Shown here piece after piece: positions 20,758 to 29,485 of a DNA stretch of 64,000 nt. The stretch spans positions 186,001-250,000 of IMG/VR virus record IMGVR_UViG_3300032334_001259; one strand, given 5' to 3'. Below the pieces are notes generated by a model that saw only the letters and a program-made list of their open reading frames with translations, did no database searches and was not told the origin of the DNA. The translations under genes were made by a program, and so were the position numbers. The stretch's first letter is position 1; each line of letters opens with the position of its first letter.

Positions 20758-21846
20758 AATTACAGTTTGAATAATATAATCAACTTGTTCATCAGTAAGA
20801 TGTGTATGACTTGGCAAACTAATTATTTTACCAGATAAAGATTCACTTTTAACACACTGATGTTGATTCCACTGTTTAGCAAATTTTTGAGTATGCAATG
20901 GATGTTTATAATGACTGCTATAATTTATTTTTGCATTTTTTAAGTAATTGCATGTTTTTTCATAATCGTTGGTTACAATTGGCATAACATACCAATTATA
21001 GAGATTTTGAAATGCAAATTTTGGAATTTTAATTTGATTGTGATTTGAAAATGCTTCACAATATTTTTTAATTATTTGGACTTTTCTTGTGAAAATTTTT
21101 TCATAATTTTTAATATTTGCTGTAATAAGTGCAGCTTGTATACTTGTTATTCTGGATGTAAATCCAACATTATCAATATTACTATCAAAACCATAAAAAG
21201 ATTTACCATTTGAGCAAATTGAATCTAATAATAATGTATCAATTTTGTTAGTGATGATTGCACCACCACCGCCAGCACCCCCAAAATTTTTGTAAGGATT
21301 AAAACTTATACAAATAGCATCTGCTATAGTTTGATCATAATCTTTTGTTGTTATACTAAAACTCTGTGCAGCATCAATGATAAGTTTTAAATTTCTCTCG
21401 TCACACCATTTCTTTAAATTATAAATGTCACAACCTTGACCATATAAATCAACGACTAAAACAGCACTTACTTCATTAGCATACAAATTATAAACACGAG
21501 TAAGATCATTTAAATCTAACAACCAACTGTCATCAATATCAACAAATGTTGGAATACAATTAGCATTTAAAACAGACTGCGCAGTAGCTGCATATGTCAT
21601 TGTTGGTATTAATATTCTTGAATCTTTTGGAAGATTTAACGATAAGATACCTGCATGTAATGCGGCCGTGCATGTGCTTGTTAATTGCACACTTGCATTA
21701 TTATATAAATTACTAATAAATTTTTTTAATTCAATCTCATGTTGACCACGATAAACTTCACCGTATTCTAAAGTAAATTTTAAATTTTTTAAAATTTCTT
21801 CATTATTGTCTTGATATTGTAAATCCAAATCCGAAAATTTTATCAT
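20746..21846 (-). CDS. DegT/DnrJ/EryC1/StrS family PLP-dependent sugar aminotransferase
   Basis: VDLYGQ, IIDAAQS, SFNPYKNFG (PLP lysine), ISLPSH. Confidence 0.9.
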   Translation of the reverse strand: MIKFSDLDLQYQDNNEEILKNLKFTLEYGEVYRGQHEIELKKFISNLYNNASVQLTSTCTAALHAGILSLNLPKDSRILIPTMTYAATAQSVLNANCIPTFVDIDDSWLLDLNDLTRVYNLYANEVSAVLVVDLYGQGCDIYNLKKWCDERNLKLIIDAAQSFSITTKDYDQTIADAICISFNPYKNFGGAGGGGAIITNKIDTLLLDSICSNGKSFYGFDSNIDNVGFTSRITSIQAALITANIKNYEKIFTRKVQIIKKYCEAFSNHNQIKIPKFAFQNLYNWYVMPIVTNDYEKTCNYLKNAKINYSSHYKHPLHTQKFAKQWNQHQCVKSESLSGKIISLPSHTHLTDEQVDYIIQTVISSL

Positions 21847-22715
21847 AGTAATATTTTTATACCACTTTCTAAATCAACTTTGGGGGTATAACCAAGATAT
21901 CTAACAGCAGTGCGTGTATCCATTGCACCACGACGAGGCATGTCCTCTGGTAAATCACGACCACAAATAATTTCACTTTCGCTTTGTGTCAATTCAACGA
22001 TAAGTTTAGCCGCATCATACAAACTTACAGCTTGACCATAACTCACATTAGCAATAACTTTGCTTACTGGTGATGTGGCAGCATTAACGATTGCTTGTGT
22101 AATATCACTTACATATGTAAAGTCAAGTTTAGCTAATGGATCATCTACATTAATTGGTTCATTATTTCTAGCTGATAATATCCATTTACTGATTACTCTG
22201 TTAGGATTATCACCAATTCCATATGCAGCCGTTGGTCTTGTGATAACCCAATTCTTTGCAATATCCTGAACTAATCGTTCACATGCAAGTTTAGCTTTAC
22301 CGTAATCATTAATGGGACGAAGTGGATCATCTTCACGAACAGTTCCAACCCAATTTCCATAAACCATGCTACTGCTTATATAAACAAACTTTGCATTTGG
22401 GTATTTGGTTAATAGATATACAGTTGAATTAATAGTGTTTTGCCAAGCATTGCCAATTTCTTTTGCAAAACTTGCTTGGTTAGGATGGCAAGCAAGATGA
22501 ACAATAACATCTACATCTTCTACAATGGTTTGTGCACAATCACAATTTAACCAATCATCATAACCATAATCCATACGACGACCACGATCAAGATATAATT
22601 GTGTTGTAATAAAACGTAGGTCATCAACAATTGTTACCTTATGTTTTTTATTCTTAAGTGAATTTACAACATGATGACCAATAAACCCAAAACCACCCGT
22701 AACTAAAACGTGCAT
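21843..22715 (-). CDS. NAD-dependent NDP-sugar epimerase/dehydratase (extended SDR)
   Basis: VTGGFGFIG, ISSSMVYG, YGKAK, DFTYVSD. Confidence 0.9.
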   Translation of the reverse strand: MHVLVTGGFGFIGHHVVNSLKNKKHKVTIVDDLRFITTQLYLDRGRRMDYGYDDWLNCDCAQTIVEDVDVIVHLACHPNQASFAKEIGNAWQNTINSTVYLLTKYPNAKFVYISSSMVYGNWVGTVREDDPLRPINDYGKAKLACERLVQDIAKNWVITRPTAAYGIGDNPNRVISKWILSARNNEPINVDDPLAKLDFTYVSDITQAIVNAATSPVSKVIANVSYGQAVSLYDAAKLIVELTQSESEIICGRDLPEDMPRRGAMDTRTAVRYLGYTPKVDLESGIKILL

Positions 22716-22716
22716 A

Positions 22717-23607
22717 TTAGACCGCCATATCTGCTTTAATAGTTTGGTGATGAATATAATTCATTAAACGGATATCATCCATTTGCGCTGTCCACACATC
22801 TTTAACATCACTTAAGTCAAGATGCGGTAATGGAAATGGGCGACGACTCATTTGTTCTTTAACCTGTTCAATATGGTTATTATAAATGTGAACATCACCA
22901 AATGTCAAGATTAATTCGCCAACTTGTGCCCTAATTGTTTTGGCAATAAGATGCGTTAGCAATGCGTAGCTTGCGATATTAAATGGTACACCCAAAAATA
23001 AATCAGCACTGCGTTGATACATCTGACAACTTAAAATATTATTACGAATATAAAATTGTGCAAACATATGACAAGGTGGTAATGCCATATCTTTAAGTTC
23101 AGCAGGATTCCATGCTGTCAAAATATGACGACGACCAGTAGGGTCTTTTTTAAGACCATCAATTAATTCTGCAAGCTGGTCAGTTTCACGATAATTTATT
23201 TTGTTTAGGTTGCTATCTGGTTTAAATGGATTACCAGCTTCGTCTACTGAACGCCAATGTCGCCATTGAACACCATACACACGACCTAAATCACCATCAT
23301 ACTTTGCTTTTGGTTTCCAGTATGGTGCTTTTGCATTTGCAGTCCAGATAGTTGTTTTATCTTTATCACGTGTGCCGTGTAGTATTTCTGCAAGACGGCG
23401 TTCATCACCACTGCCCTCAATAAACCAAAGTAGTTCACTTACTACACTCTTCCATGCAAGTTTCTTTGTTGTAACTGCTGGAAATCCTTCTTGTAAATTA
23501 AAACGTAATTGTTCACCAAAAAGACTAACTGTGCCTACGCCTGTTCTGTCTTCACTTTGGGTGCCATCTAAAATAACTTTTGCACATAAATGATTATAAT
23601 TTTGCAC
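22717..23607 (-). CDS. thyA: Thymidylate synthase
   Basis: DRTGVGT, LGRVYGVQWR, MALPPCH, QRSADLFLGVPFN. Confidence 0.97.
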   Translation of the reverse strand: MQNYNHLCAKVILDGTQSEDRTGVGTVSLFGEQLRFNLQEGFPAVTTKKLAWKSVVSELLWFIEGSGDERRLAEILHGTRDKDKTTIWTANAKAPYWKPKAKYDGDLGRVYGVQWRHWRSVDEAGNPFKPDSNLNKINYRETDQLAELIDGLKKDPTGRRHILTAWNPAELKDMALPPCHMFAQFYIRNNILSCQMYQRSADLFLGVPFNIASYALLTHLIAKTIRAQVGELILTFGDVHIYNNHIEQVKEQMSRRPFPLPHLDLSDVKDVWTAQMDDIRLMNYIHHQTIKADMAV

Positions 23608-24091
23608 GTTTCCACACCTGAAATAATTTGTCTTTGCCGTAGGTTTCCCAATCCACTTGGAAATTGTGTAACAATTCTACCACATCTACGGCTACATCAC
23701 AATTATAATTATCATCAAAAACTGTAAGATATATTTGTTCAAATAAATGTTTTGTGCTTCTTATAAGTTTTGCACCACCAATTATCCATATATCTTTATC
23801 AGGATTATTGGCTTTTAATACTGCTAAACTTTGTTCAATAAAATCACCATTAATTACATAATGTGCATCACGAAAATTATCAACAGGTTGATTAGATACC
23901 ACACAACATAGTCTTTCAGGAAGTGGTTTGGGCATTTTTGGATCTAACCATGTGTTACTACCCATAATAACAATATGATTGCGTGTATTGTTACTGAACC
24001 ATTGCATGTCTTGTTTATCATGTGGCCAGGGAAGACTGCCACCCTTGCCTATCCCACCATCACGGTCTACGGCAAATATGGCTTTAATCAT
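23594..24091 (-). CDS. folA: Dihydrofolate reductase
   Basis: GIGKGGSLPW, DMQWF, VIMGSNTW, WIIGGA; adjacent to thyA. Confidence 0.92.
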   Translation of the reverse strand: MIKAIFAVDRDGGIGKGGSLPWPHDKQDMQWFSNNTRNHIVIMGSNTWLDPKMPKPLPERLCCVVSNQPVDNFRDAHYVINGDFIEQSLAVLKANNPDKDIWIIGGAKLIRSTKHLFEQIYLTVFDDNYNCDVAVDVVELLHNFQVDWETYGKDKLFQVWKRAKL

Positions 24092-24393
24092 AGGTCCAGT
24101 AATTCGTTAGTTTTGGATTCTACTTCTTCTGCAATTGCAGATATATTAAGATGAAAGTCCACACACTCTATTTCTTCATCATGTGCATCAAGATAGCTTT
24201 CAATTACAGTTTCAATTTCTGAATATTCATATCCATTTGCCAACATTGTTGTTACATCAAATGCATGAAGCTGACCATCTTGAAATTTTGCATCTATTCT
24301 TTTAATAAAACGAATGGGAACATCTGATATTTCAACACTTGAAATCAAATGCTCCCATCTGTCAAAAAATTCGTCACTGAAACTATCAGACAC
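24088..24393 (-). CDS. Acidic hypothetical protein
   Basis: Overlaps both neighbours. Confidence 0.6.
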   Translation of the reverse strand: MSDSFSDEFFDRWEHLISSVEISDVPIRFIKRIDAKFQDGQLHAFDVTTMLANGYEYSEIETVIESYLDAHDEEIECVDFHLNISAIAEEVESKTNELLDL

Positions 24394-25078
24394 TGGTCTT
24401 ATTCTTAACGGTCTTTGCTGGTGCTTTCTTTGTAGACTTTACAACTACAGGTTTATCACCTTTAAGTTCATTAAGTTGCTTCTGCATGCTTTGCATGGTC
24501 TTCATCATTTCCATTATAAAAGCAGTCATATCTGGTTGTGCTGTTGGTGCTGGTTGAACTACAGGTGCTGGTGCAAGTTTTGCATTTTCTGCCGCAAGGT
24601 CTATGCCAAGGTCTTTAAAACTTGCATTTTCACTTACAAATGCATCTGTCTGTGCAGTCTTTGCTGGATCAGAATAACCTTGTGAATTTTCCATACGCTC
24701 AAGTTTCTTAACAGCATCATCACCTTTACCAACTGTAGATAATAGGTTGTTTAATTCATCAAGACGCATACTGCTCTTGCTGTTTGGTGTTACCATAACA
24801 CTGTTTGCAGCAACACGCTTAAGATAATTTTCTTGACTTAATGCTTGCAACATATTTTGTCCATCGCTCATCATACGGCGTTCAAGAATATCACTGAACT
24901 CATATGCAGCTTGACCTTCTGTGCTTTCCAAAATCTTCATGACATCATCATGATATTTCTGTGGCATGATATCACTATAAATGACAACTGCCATATGTGG
25001 TTCATCACCACCAATGCTACGCTTGACGATGATAACTTTTTTACTATTGACTTTACCTACGTGTTTAAAAAAACTCAT
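24386..25078 (-). CDS. Hypothetical protein
   Basis: FKHVG N-terminus, C-terminal coiled coil and basic tail. Confidence 0.6.
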   Translation of the reverse strand: MSFFKHVGKVNSKKVIIVKRSIGGDEPHMAVVIYSDIMPQKYHDDVMKILESTEGQAAYEFSDILERRMMSDGQNMLQALSQENYLKRVAANSVMVTPNSKSSMRLDELNNLLSTVGKGDDAVKKLERMENSQGYSDPAKTAQTDAFVSENASFKDLGIDLAAENAKLAPAPVVQPAPTAQPDMTAFIMEMMKTMQSMQKQLNELKGDKPVVVKSTKKAPAKTVKNKTSV

Positions 25079-25284
25079 TGATCCGTTCCTTCGGTTGGTT
25101 GTGCAGCTGGAGTTGCGTTTGCAATAAATGCTTTTACTTTATCATAAACTGCACCAACGGTTGATAACTCTTCTGCTTTAAATGCACCACGTTGTGCAAC
25201 AATCTCTATAATTTGCACCAAAAATGCAATATCATTGATAGTTACACTTGGTGGTGTTTGAACTTCGTTATTTTCGTCGCTCAT
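25075..25284 (-). CDS. Small hypothetical protein
   Basis: GGAG SD before ATG 25284; RGAFKAEELSTVG. Confidence 0.6.
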   Translation of the reverse strand: MSDENNEVQTPPSVTINDIAFLVQIIEIVAQRGAFKAEELSTVGAVYDKVKAFIANATPAAQPTEGTDQ

Positions 25285-25320
25285 TTTAGTCTCCATTATA
25301 TTATATTTAATATAATAAAA

Positions 25321-25346
25321 AAGGCTCCGAAAATTTTCGGAGCCTT
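25321..25346 (-). terminator. Intrinsic terminator, perfect 26-bp palindrome AAGGCTCCGAAAATTTTCGGAGCCTT
   Basis: Followed by a T-tract on the - strand, downstream of the vWA gene. Confidence 0.8.
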
Positions 25347-25372
25347 AAAAGATGCCTTATGGATGGATAGGA

Positions 25373-26635
25373 TTAGGCATCTTCGTAGTAAGCACTTACA
25401 CCAAATGGTGGTTCAATGGTCTTGTTATACTTGTTATGGATAATCCAAACAGTATCACAATAGTTTTCATCACCCCAAGAACCAAATGGTTCACCGTCAG
25501 TAAACACAATCAATAGCTTTGGTGAAACATCTTCGTGCTTCATCCAGTTCCAATTCACTTCAAAGTCGGTGCCACCAAAACCTTTAGGTTCATAGTTTAC
25601 AAGGTCATCACCATCAGCAGTGGTATATTCTTGTGGGTTATGGACCTGTGTATCAAAGCACCACACTTTAATCTTGTAATCATCATATGATTGCATAATA
25701 CCGTTGATTTCACCAAAGAAATTATTCAACTGTTCATTGCTGATAGAACCACTGGTATCAATGGCAACACAGACATCAATAGCTTGGTCCTTACGCATGT
25801 TAGGCAGAACAAAACCATTGCTGAAATGTTTCTTATTAGGAACAGTCCAAGTGTAATCATTCTTAACAGTGGATTGGATTTGTTGTGTAATGAGTTCACG
25901 CCAGTTGATTTTAGGTTGTGTGAGTTCATTAATCATACGCTTGACATTGCCAGGAACATTGCCAGCGCCAGCAGATTGTGCGGCGGCAAGCATTGCTTCC
26001 TTAAACTCATCCTTAATCTTTTGACGTTCTTCTTGTGAAAGTACGGGACGACCTTTGCCATCCTTCTCACCATCACCTTCGCCGCCACCGCCCTTGCCAT
26101 CCTTGTCAGCATCAAGATGGTCATCAAGCAATTGGTCAAGCAAATCTTCAATGTTGATTTTGGTAGCGTTCTTGATCAAGTCATCATAAACTTGTTCAAA
26201 ATTCCATTCATCGTATTTGCGATCATGCAATACGGGAACAACAGTAATTTTTGCACCAAGGTTATACTTAATACAATCAGCATTAACAACATAATCCATT
26301 GCGATGTTGGCAATGTCACGTTGTTTGCCAATACCACGGTTGATATGGTCATATGCACAATGAAGCAATTCGTGACAAAACAAAAACATCATTTGGTTTG
26401 TAGGCAACTTGAGGATAAAGTCACTGTTGTAATAAAAGTGACGACCGTCAGTTGCGGCAGTGGTCAGCCAGCTATCGGCATTAACCAATTTTAGTCGCAT
26501 GGCAAGATTGCCGAAAAAAGGTTGTTTAAGAACCAGTGCAATACGAGCCTTGAGAATTGCTTGACGTGCGTTGTAATCTACCGTAGCATCAATAGTATCG
26601 GACAGTTTGCCACCACCCTGTTTAACTTTAGCCAT
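25373..26635 (-). CDS. Metallopeptidase-like plus vWA domain protein (DUF2201-like), partner of the MoxR ATPase
   Basis: TAATDG, HELLH (HEXXH), MIDAS DTSGS, GGTDF, FTDG; AGGAG SD before ATG 26635. Confidence 0.85.
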   Translation of the reverse strand: MAKVKQGGGKLSDTIDATVDYNARQAILKARIALVLKQPFFGNLAMRLKLVNADSWLTTAATDGRHFYYNSDFILKLPTNQMMFLFCHELLHCAYDHINRGIGKQRDIANIAMDYVVNADCIKYNLGAKITVVPVLHDRKYDEWNFEQVYDDLIKNATKINIEDLLDQLLDDHLDADKDGKGGGGEGDGEKDGKGRPVLSQEERQKIKDEFKEAMLAAAQSAGAGNVPGNVKRMINELTQPKINWRELITQQIQSTVKNDYTWTVPNKKHFSNGFVLPNMRKDQAIDVCVAIDTSGSISNEQLNNFFGEINGIMQSYDDYKIKVWCFDTQVHNPQEYTTADGDDLVNYEPKGFGGTDFEVNWNWMKHEDVSPKLLIVFTDGEPFGSWGDENYCDTVWIIHNKYNKTIEPPFGVSAYYEDA

Positions 26636-26659
26636 AATTAATCTCCTATCCATATATAC

Positions 26660-26687
26660 ATAATACCACAGAATTATATTATGTCAA
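26660..26687 (-). promoter_or_regulatory. Early promoter TTGACA-16-TATTAT
   Basis: Same architecture as the promoters at 27985, 28278 and 29087. Confidence 0.7.
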
Positions 26688-26690
26688 GAG

Positions 26691-26801
26691 AAAAAATAGG
26701 GGGGAAGTGTTGCGGCACTACCCCCCTAACCGTAGGAAAAATCACACTTTTTTCCTACCTTATCTCGCCCTCACTGTGATGGAGAACGATAGGGGCGAGA
26801 T
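26691..26801 (-). ncRNA. Candidate 3'UTR-derived structured RNA: three hairpins ending in an intrinsic terminator, with an anti-SD loop
   Basis: Stems ATCTCGCCC/GGGCGAGAT, GTAGGAAAAA/TTTTTCCTAC and TAGGGGGG/CCCCCCTA followed by T6. Confidence 0.5.
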
Positions 26802-27928
26802 TAATCACGCACTGCCGCAAGGATGAAGTCACCGTTTTTAGCATGATATTCCTTATAGTGCTTCATCTTGCTAGTCTTCATTGGCAACTTGTAGTTACGG
26901 AGAATAGTAGCAAGCATCATAACTTGTAATTCCGTATCCATGTTGTCAAGGAAGAAGCGGAACACGTTGTCAAGTTCATCGTGCCAAGCGGTATTCTCGT
27001 TGTCTTTCATACGTTCACCACCACGACGATCATAGCTATCCTTGAGTTCATAGCAACATGAAACCGTCAGCGAATACTTTGCACCAATGTCTTTCGCTTT
27101 GAGTTCCTTAACCTTACCGTTAAGAATATCGGTAGGATTAGGCATCTGGCTTGCTACCTTACGATGTGCGGCAAACTTAAGTGCAACACCTTCACCAACT
27201 GTACCAGACACAAGGTCATTCAGTTCAGTATCTACAAGGTCTTCTTGCAAGAGATCGCTAACAAACGACCACGAACGAGGCGTAGCAAACGATGCACCAC
27301 TTTGGCGAGGATCAAAGTTGAACAAATCATTCTTGTTGCAAGTTACATAAGCAACAACGTCAGGATTGATAGCATTGTTCAATGCCCAATCATTCCACGA
27401 CTCGAAGTCAACACGCAAGTTCAAGTGAACAAAACGGTTGGCAAGTGGCGATGGCATACGATACACAACACCACGGTCAGTGTCACGGTTACCAGCGGCA
27501 ACGATAACAACATTGTCAGGAAGTTCATACGTGCCAACACGACGATTAAGAACAAGCTGATAAGCGGCAGCTTGTGTTGCTGGTGCAGCAGAGTTCATTT
27601 CGTCAAGGAAAAGAACCACAACAGGATACTTGGCAGCTTCTTCTGCTGTAGGCAGATCGGGTGGAGCATTCCACATGGCATTGCCAACGGTTGGGTTGTA
27701 GTAAAGAACACCTTTAAGATCGGAAGGGTCCATAAGTGCAAGACGCAAGTCATACAGCTTGCCGCCCATGCTTTCACAGATATCGGCAACAAGTTCGGAC
27801 TTGCCAATACCAGGTGCGCCCCACAAGAAGATAGGACGTTTACGCTTCATACATACCATAATTTCACGCTTTGCAGAAGCGAGAGTAACGGTGCGCACTT
27901 CGGAAAGTGCCTCATTTGGTTTAGCCAT
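26801..27928 (-). CDS. MoxR-like AAA+ ATPase
   Basis: Walker A GAPGIGKS, Walker B LFLDE, AAGNR, PLANRF, TPRSW. Confidence 0.9.
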   Translation of the reverse strand: MAKPNEALSEVRTVTLASAKREIMVCMKRKRPIFLWGAPGIGKSELVADICESMGGKLYDLRLALMDPSDLKGVLYYNPTVGNAMWNAPPDLPTAEEAAKYPVVVLFLDEMNSAAPATQAAAYQLVLNRRVGTYELPDNVVIVAAGNRDTDRGVVYRMPSPLANRFVHLNLRVDFESWNDWALNNAINPDVVAYVTCNKNDLFNFDPRQSGASFATPRSWSFVSDLLQEDLVDTELNDLVSGTVGEGVALKFAAHRKVASQMPNPTDILNGKVKELKAKDIGAKYSLTVSCCYELKDSYDRRGGERMKDNENTAWHDELDNVFRFFLDNMDTELQVMMLATILRNYKLPMKTSKMKHYKEYHAKNGDFILAAVRD

Positions 27929-27957
27929 TGTAATTCTCCATCAGTTGACTATAACTC

Positions 27958-27985
27958 AATATAACACATTATTTGTAGTTGTCAA
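27958..27985 (-). promoter_or_regulatory. Early promoter TTGACA-16-TATATT with conserved leader GTTATAGTCAACTGATGGAGAA
   Basis: Leader is nearly identical to the one upstream of 28221. Confidence 0.75.
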
Positions 27986-28221
27986 GCAGAAATTTTTTGC
28001 AAATCTGCAAGCGCACCTTGCAACCAACGTGATTTCTGGACAAGTGCCTTACCAGACAATTCACCGTCACAGCAAAGGTTTTCGGGCGAAAGTTCAGCTT
28101 CAAGACTATCTTGCAATTCTGCAATATCACGACTTGTCAAATTATTGACATCCATTTGACGCTTGTTGAAAATAGCGTTCCAAACGTTCTGCTTATTGAT
28201 ATAGGCTTCAAGATTACGCAT
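27982..28221 (-). CDS. Small early hypothetical protein
   Basis: Own promoter and GGAG SD; LSPENLCCDGE motif. Confidence 0.65.
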   Translation of the reverse strand: MRNLEAYINKQNVWNAIFNKRQMDVNNLTSRDIAELQDSLEAELSPENLCCDGELSGKALVQKSRWLQGALADLQKISA

Positions 28222-28250
28222 CAATTTTCTCCATCAATTGACTATAACTT

Positions 28251-28278
28251 ATATTACCACAGGATTAGGGGTTGTCAA
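28251..28278 (-). promoter_or_regulatory. Early promoter TTGACA-16-TAATAT with conserved leader
   Basis: GTTATAGTCAATTGATGGAGAA lies downstream. Confidence 0.75.
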
Positions 28279-28922
28279 GCACTTTTTTCAAGACGAACAT
28301 AATGTAAACGGGTTACATTTTTGTCATCATGTTTATAGATACGTGCGGTCAAGCTGATTTTCTCGTTATTTTCCAAGCGGTTAGCATGTGGAAAACTTAC
28401 AAGATTTCCGTCAATTTCAGCCGTATGATACCATTTACCATAATTATGGCTATAAACGGCACTTACAATTGTTACGGTTGCCTTTAACCCATCACCAATT
28501 TGTCCAATATGACGGCTGTTTTCGCCAATTTGTGCAATCTTTTCAACGGCTTGCTCACGCTTTACAGCGTTATTATAGGAACTAGGAACGCTGGCAATAA
28601 CCGCCAAGTTACGGTAATCGTCAGTTTTAAATTCTTTTTGTTCTGTTAAAAGAACGCAAGTTTTCCAGTATTCTTGTAATGTGCCAGCAATAAGTTCAAT
28701 CATCTTGCTGTCAAGATATTCACAAATTTGTTCAGCAAATTCAATATCTTGCGGTAAAATTTTAAAGTTTTCCATTTCTGGATTAAGAAATTCACGCATA
28801 AGTGCGGCATTGCTTAATTCACCCTTGGTGTTGTCAGCATCATGCCGTTTGATATAACGACCATTTGTCCGTTGTGCCGCACAAGCGGCAGACATAGCAT
28901 GTTTCAAGCCAATAGTGGTCAT
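28275..28922 (-). CDS. Hypothetical protein, possible C-terminal OB-fold
   Basis: HIGQIGD...TVTIV...ARIYKH...TRLHYV; ATGA-coupled to the upstream small ORF. Confidence 0.6.
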   Translation of the reverse strand: MTTIGLKHAMSAACAAQRTNGRYIKRHDADNTKGELSNAALMREFLNPEMENFKILPQDIEFAEQICEYLDSKMIELIAGTLQEYWKTCVLLTEQKEFKTDDYRNLAVIASVPSSYNNAVKREQAVEKIAQIGENSRHIGQIGDGLKATVTIVSAVYSHNYGKWYHTAEIDGNLVSFPHANRLENNEKISLTARIYKHDDKNVTRLHYVRLEKSA

Positions 28923-29035
28923 TTTGCACCTTTATGCTTTGGTTTACGGGTATAGCTGCCCTTGCCCTTACGGGGGGTGACAATTTTTTGACGGTATTTG
29001 GGGTCAGCCAATGACTTGGCAATAAGGCTACGCAT
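28919..29035 (-). CDS. arfA: ArfA-like (alternative ribosome-rescue factor A) 38-aa protein, absent from the ORF track
   Basis: MRSLIAKSLADPKYRQKIVTPRKGKGSYTRKPKHKGAK; own promoter and GGAG SD; stop overlaps the next ATG. Confidence 0.7.
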   Translation of the reverse strand: MRSLIAKSLADPKYRQKIVTPRKGKGSYTRKPKHKGAK

Positions 29036-29059
29036 CGCTAGTTCTCCATCAATTATGCT

Positions 29060-29087
29060 ATAATATCATATAATTATGCCTTGTCAA
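29060..29087 (-). promoter_or_regulatory. Early promoter TTGACA-16-TATTAT for the ArfA-like gene
   Basis: Followed by ATTGATGGAGAATAGCG-type leader (TTGATGGAGAACTAGCG) and ATG 29035. Confidence 0.75.
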
Positions 29088-29485
29088 GACATATTTTGGA
29101 TGGCTTGGCTTAAATTATTGTCACAGAGTGCTAACATCATGCTTAATTCACTATCCATAAGGAATAATTCACCCTTGCTCATTTGGTAAAACCACGGATG
29201 ATTATGGTAACGATCCATTAGAACAAGTTCTTTACCATTGATTTGATATTTTTGCCTATCAATATGATGTTCATAGAATTTATATCCATAACTGCGCAAT
29301 AGTTCAAGGGCAGTATTGTTGAGCCTAAATCCAAAATTTTTATTATTATTATACCAATAAAGAATAAAAATATTTTTTTGATTTATGTGAGGAATAGGCG
29401 CATCTTGTCCATGTGACAAATGATATAATTCGTGTGTCCAATCAATTTTGGATTTATTATTTTGTTGGGTAAACGATTGGGCCAC
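29084..29485 (-). CDS. Hypothetical protein
   Basis: ORF in operon context. Confidence 0.55.
   Translation of the reverse strand: MAQSFTQQNNKSKIDWTHELYHLSHGQDAPIPHINQKNIFILYWYNNNKNFGFRLNNTALELLRSYGYKFYEHHIDRQKYQINGKELVLMDRYHNHPWFYQMSKGELFLMDSELSMMLALCDNNLSQAIQNMS

Noticed and set aside
22717-23607. ThyA as a dCMP/dUMP hydroxymethylase for DNA modification
   Set aside because: Canonical motifs including PFN and an adjacent DHFR indicate an ordinary thymidylate synthase
27164-27964. 266-aa + strand ORF
   Set aside because: Antisense shadow of the AAA ATPase gene; no SD or recognisable motif
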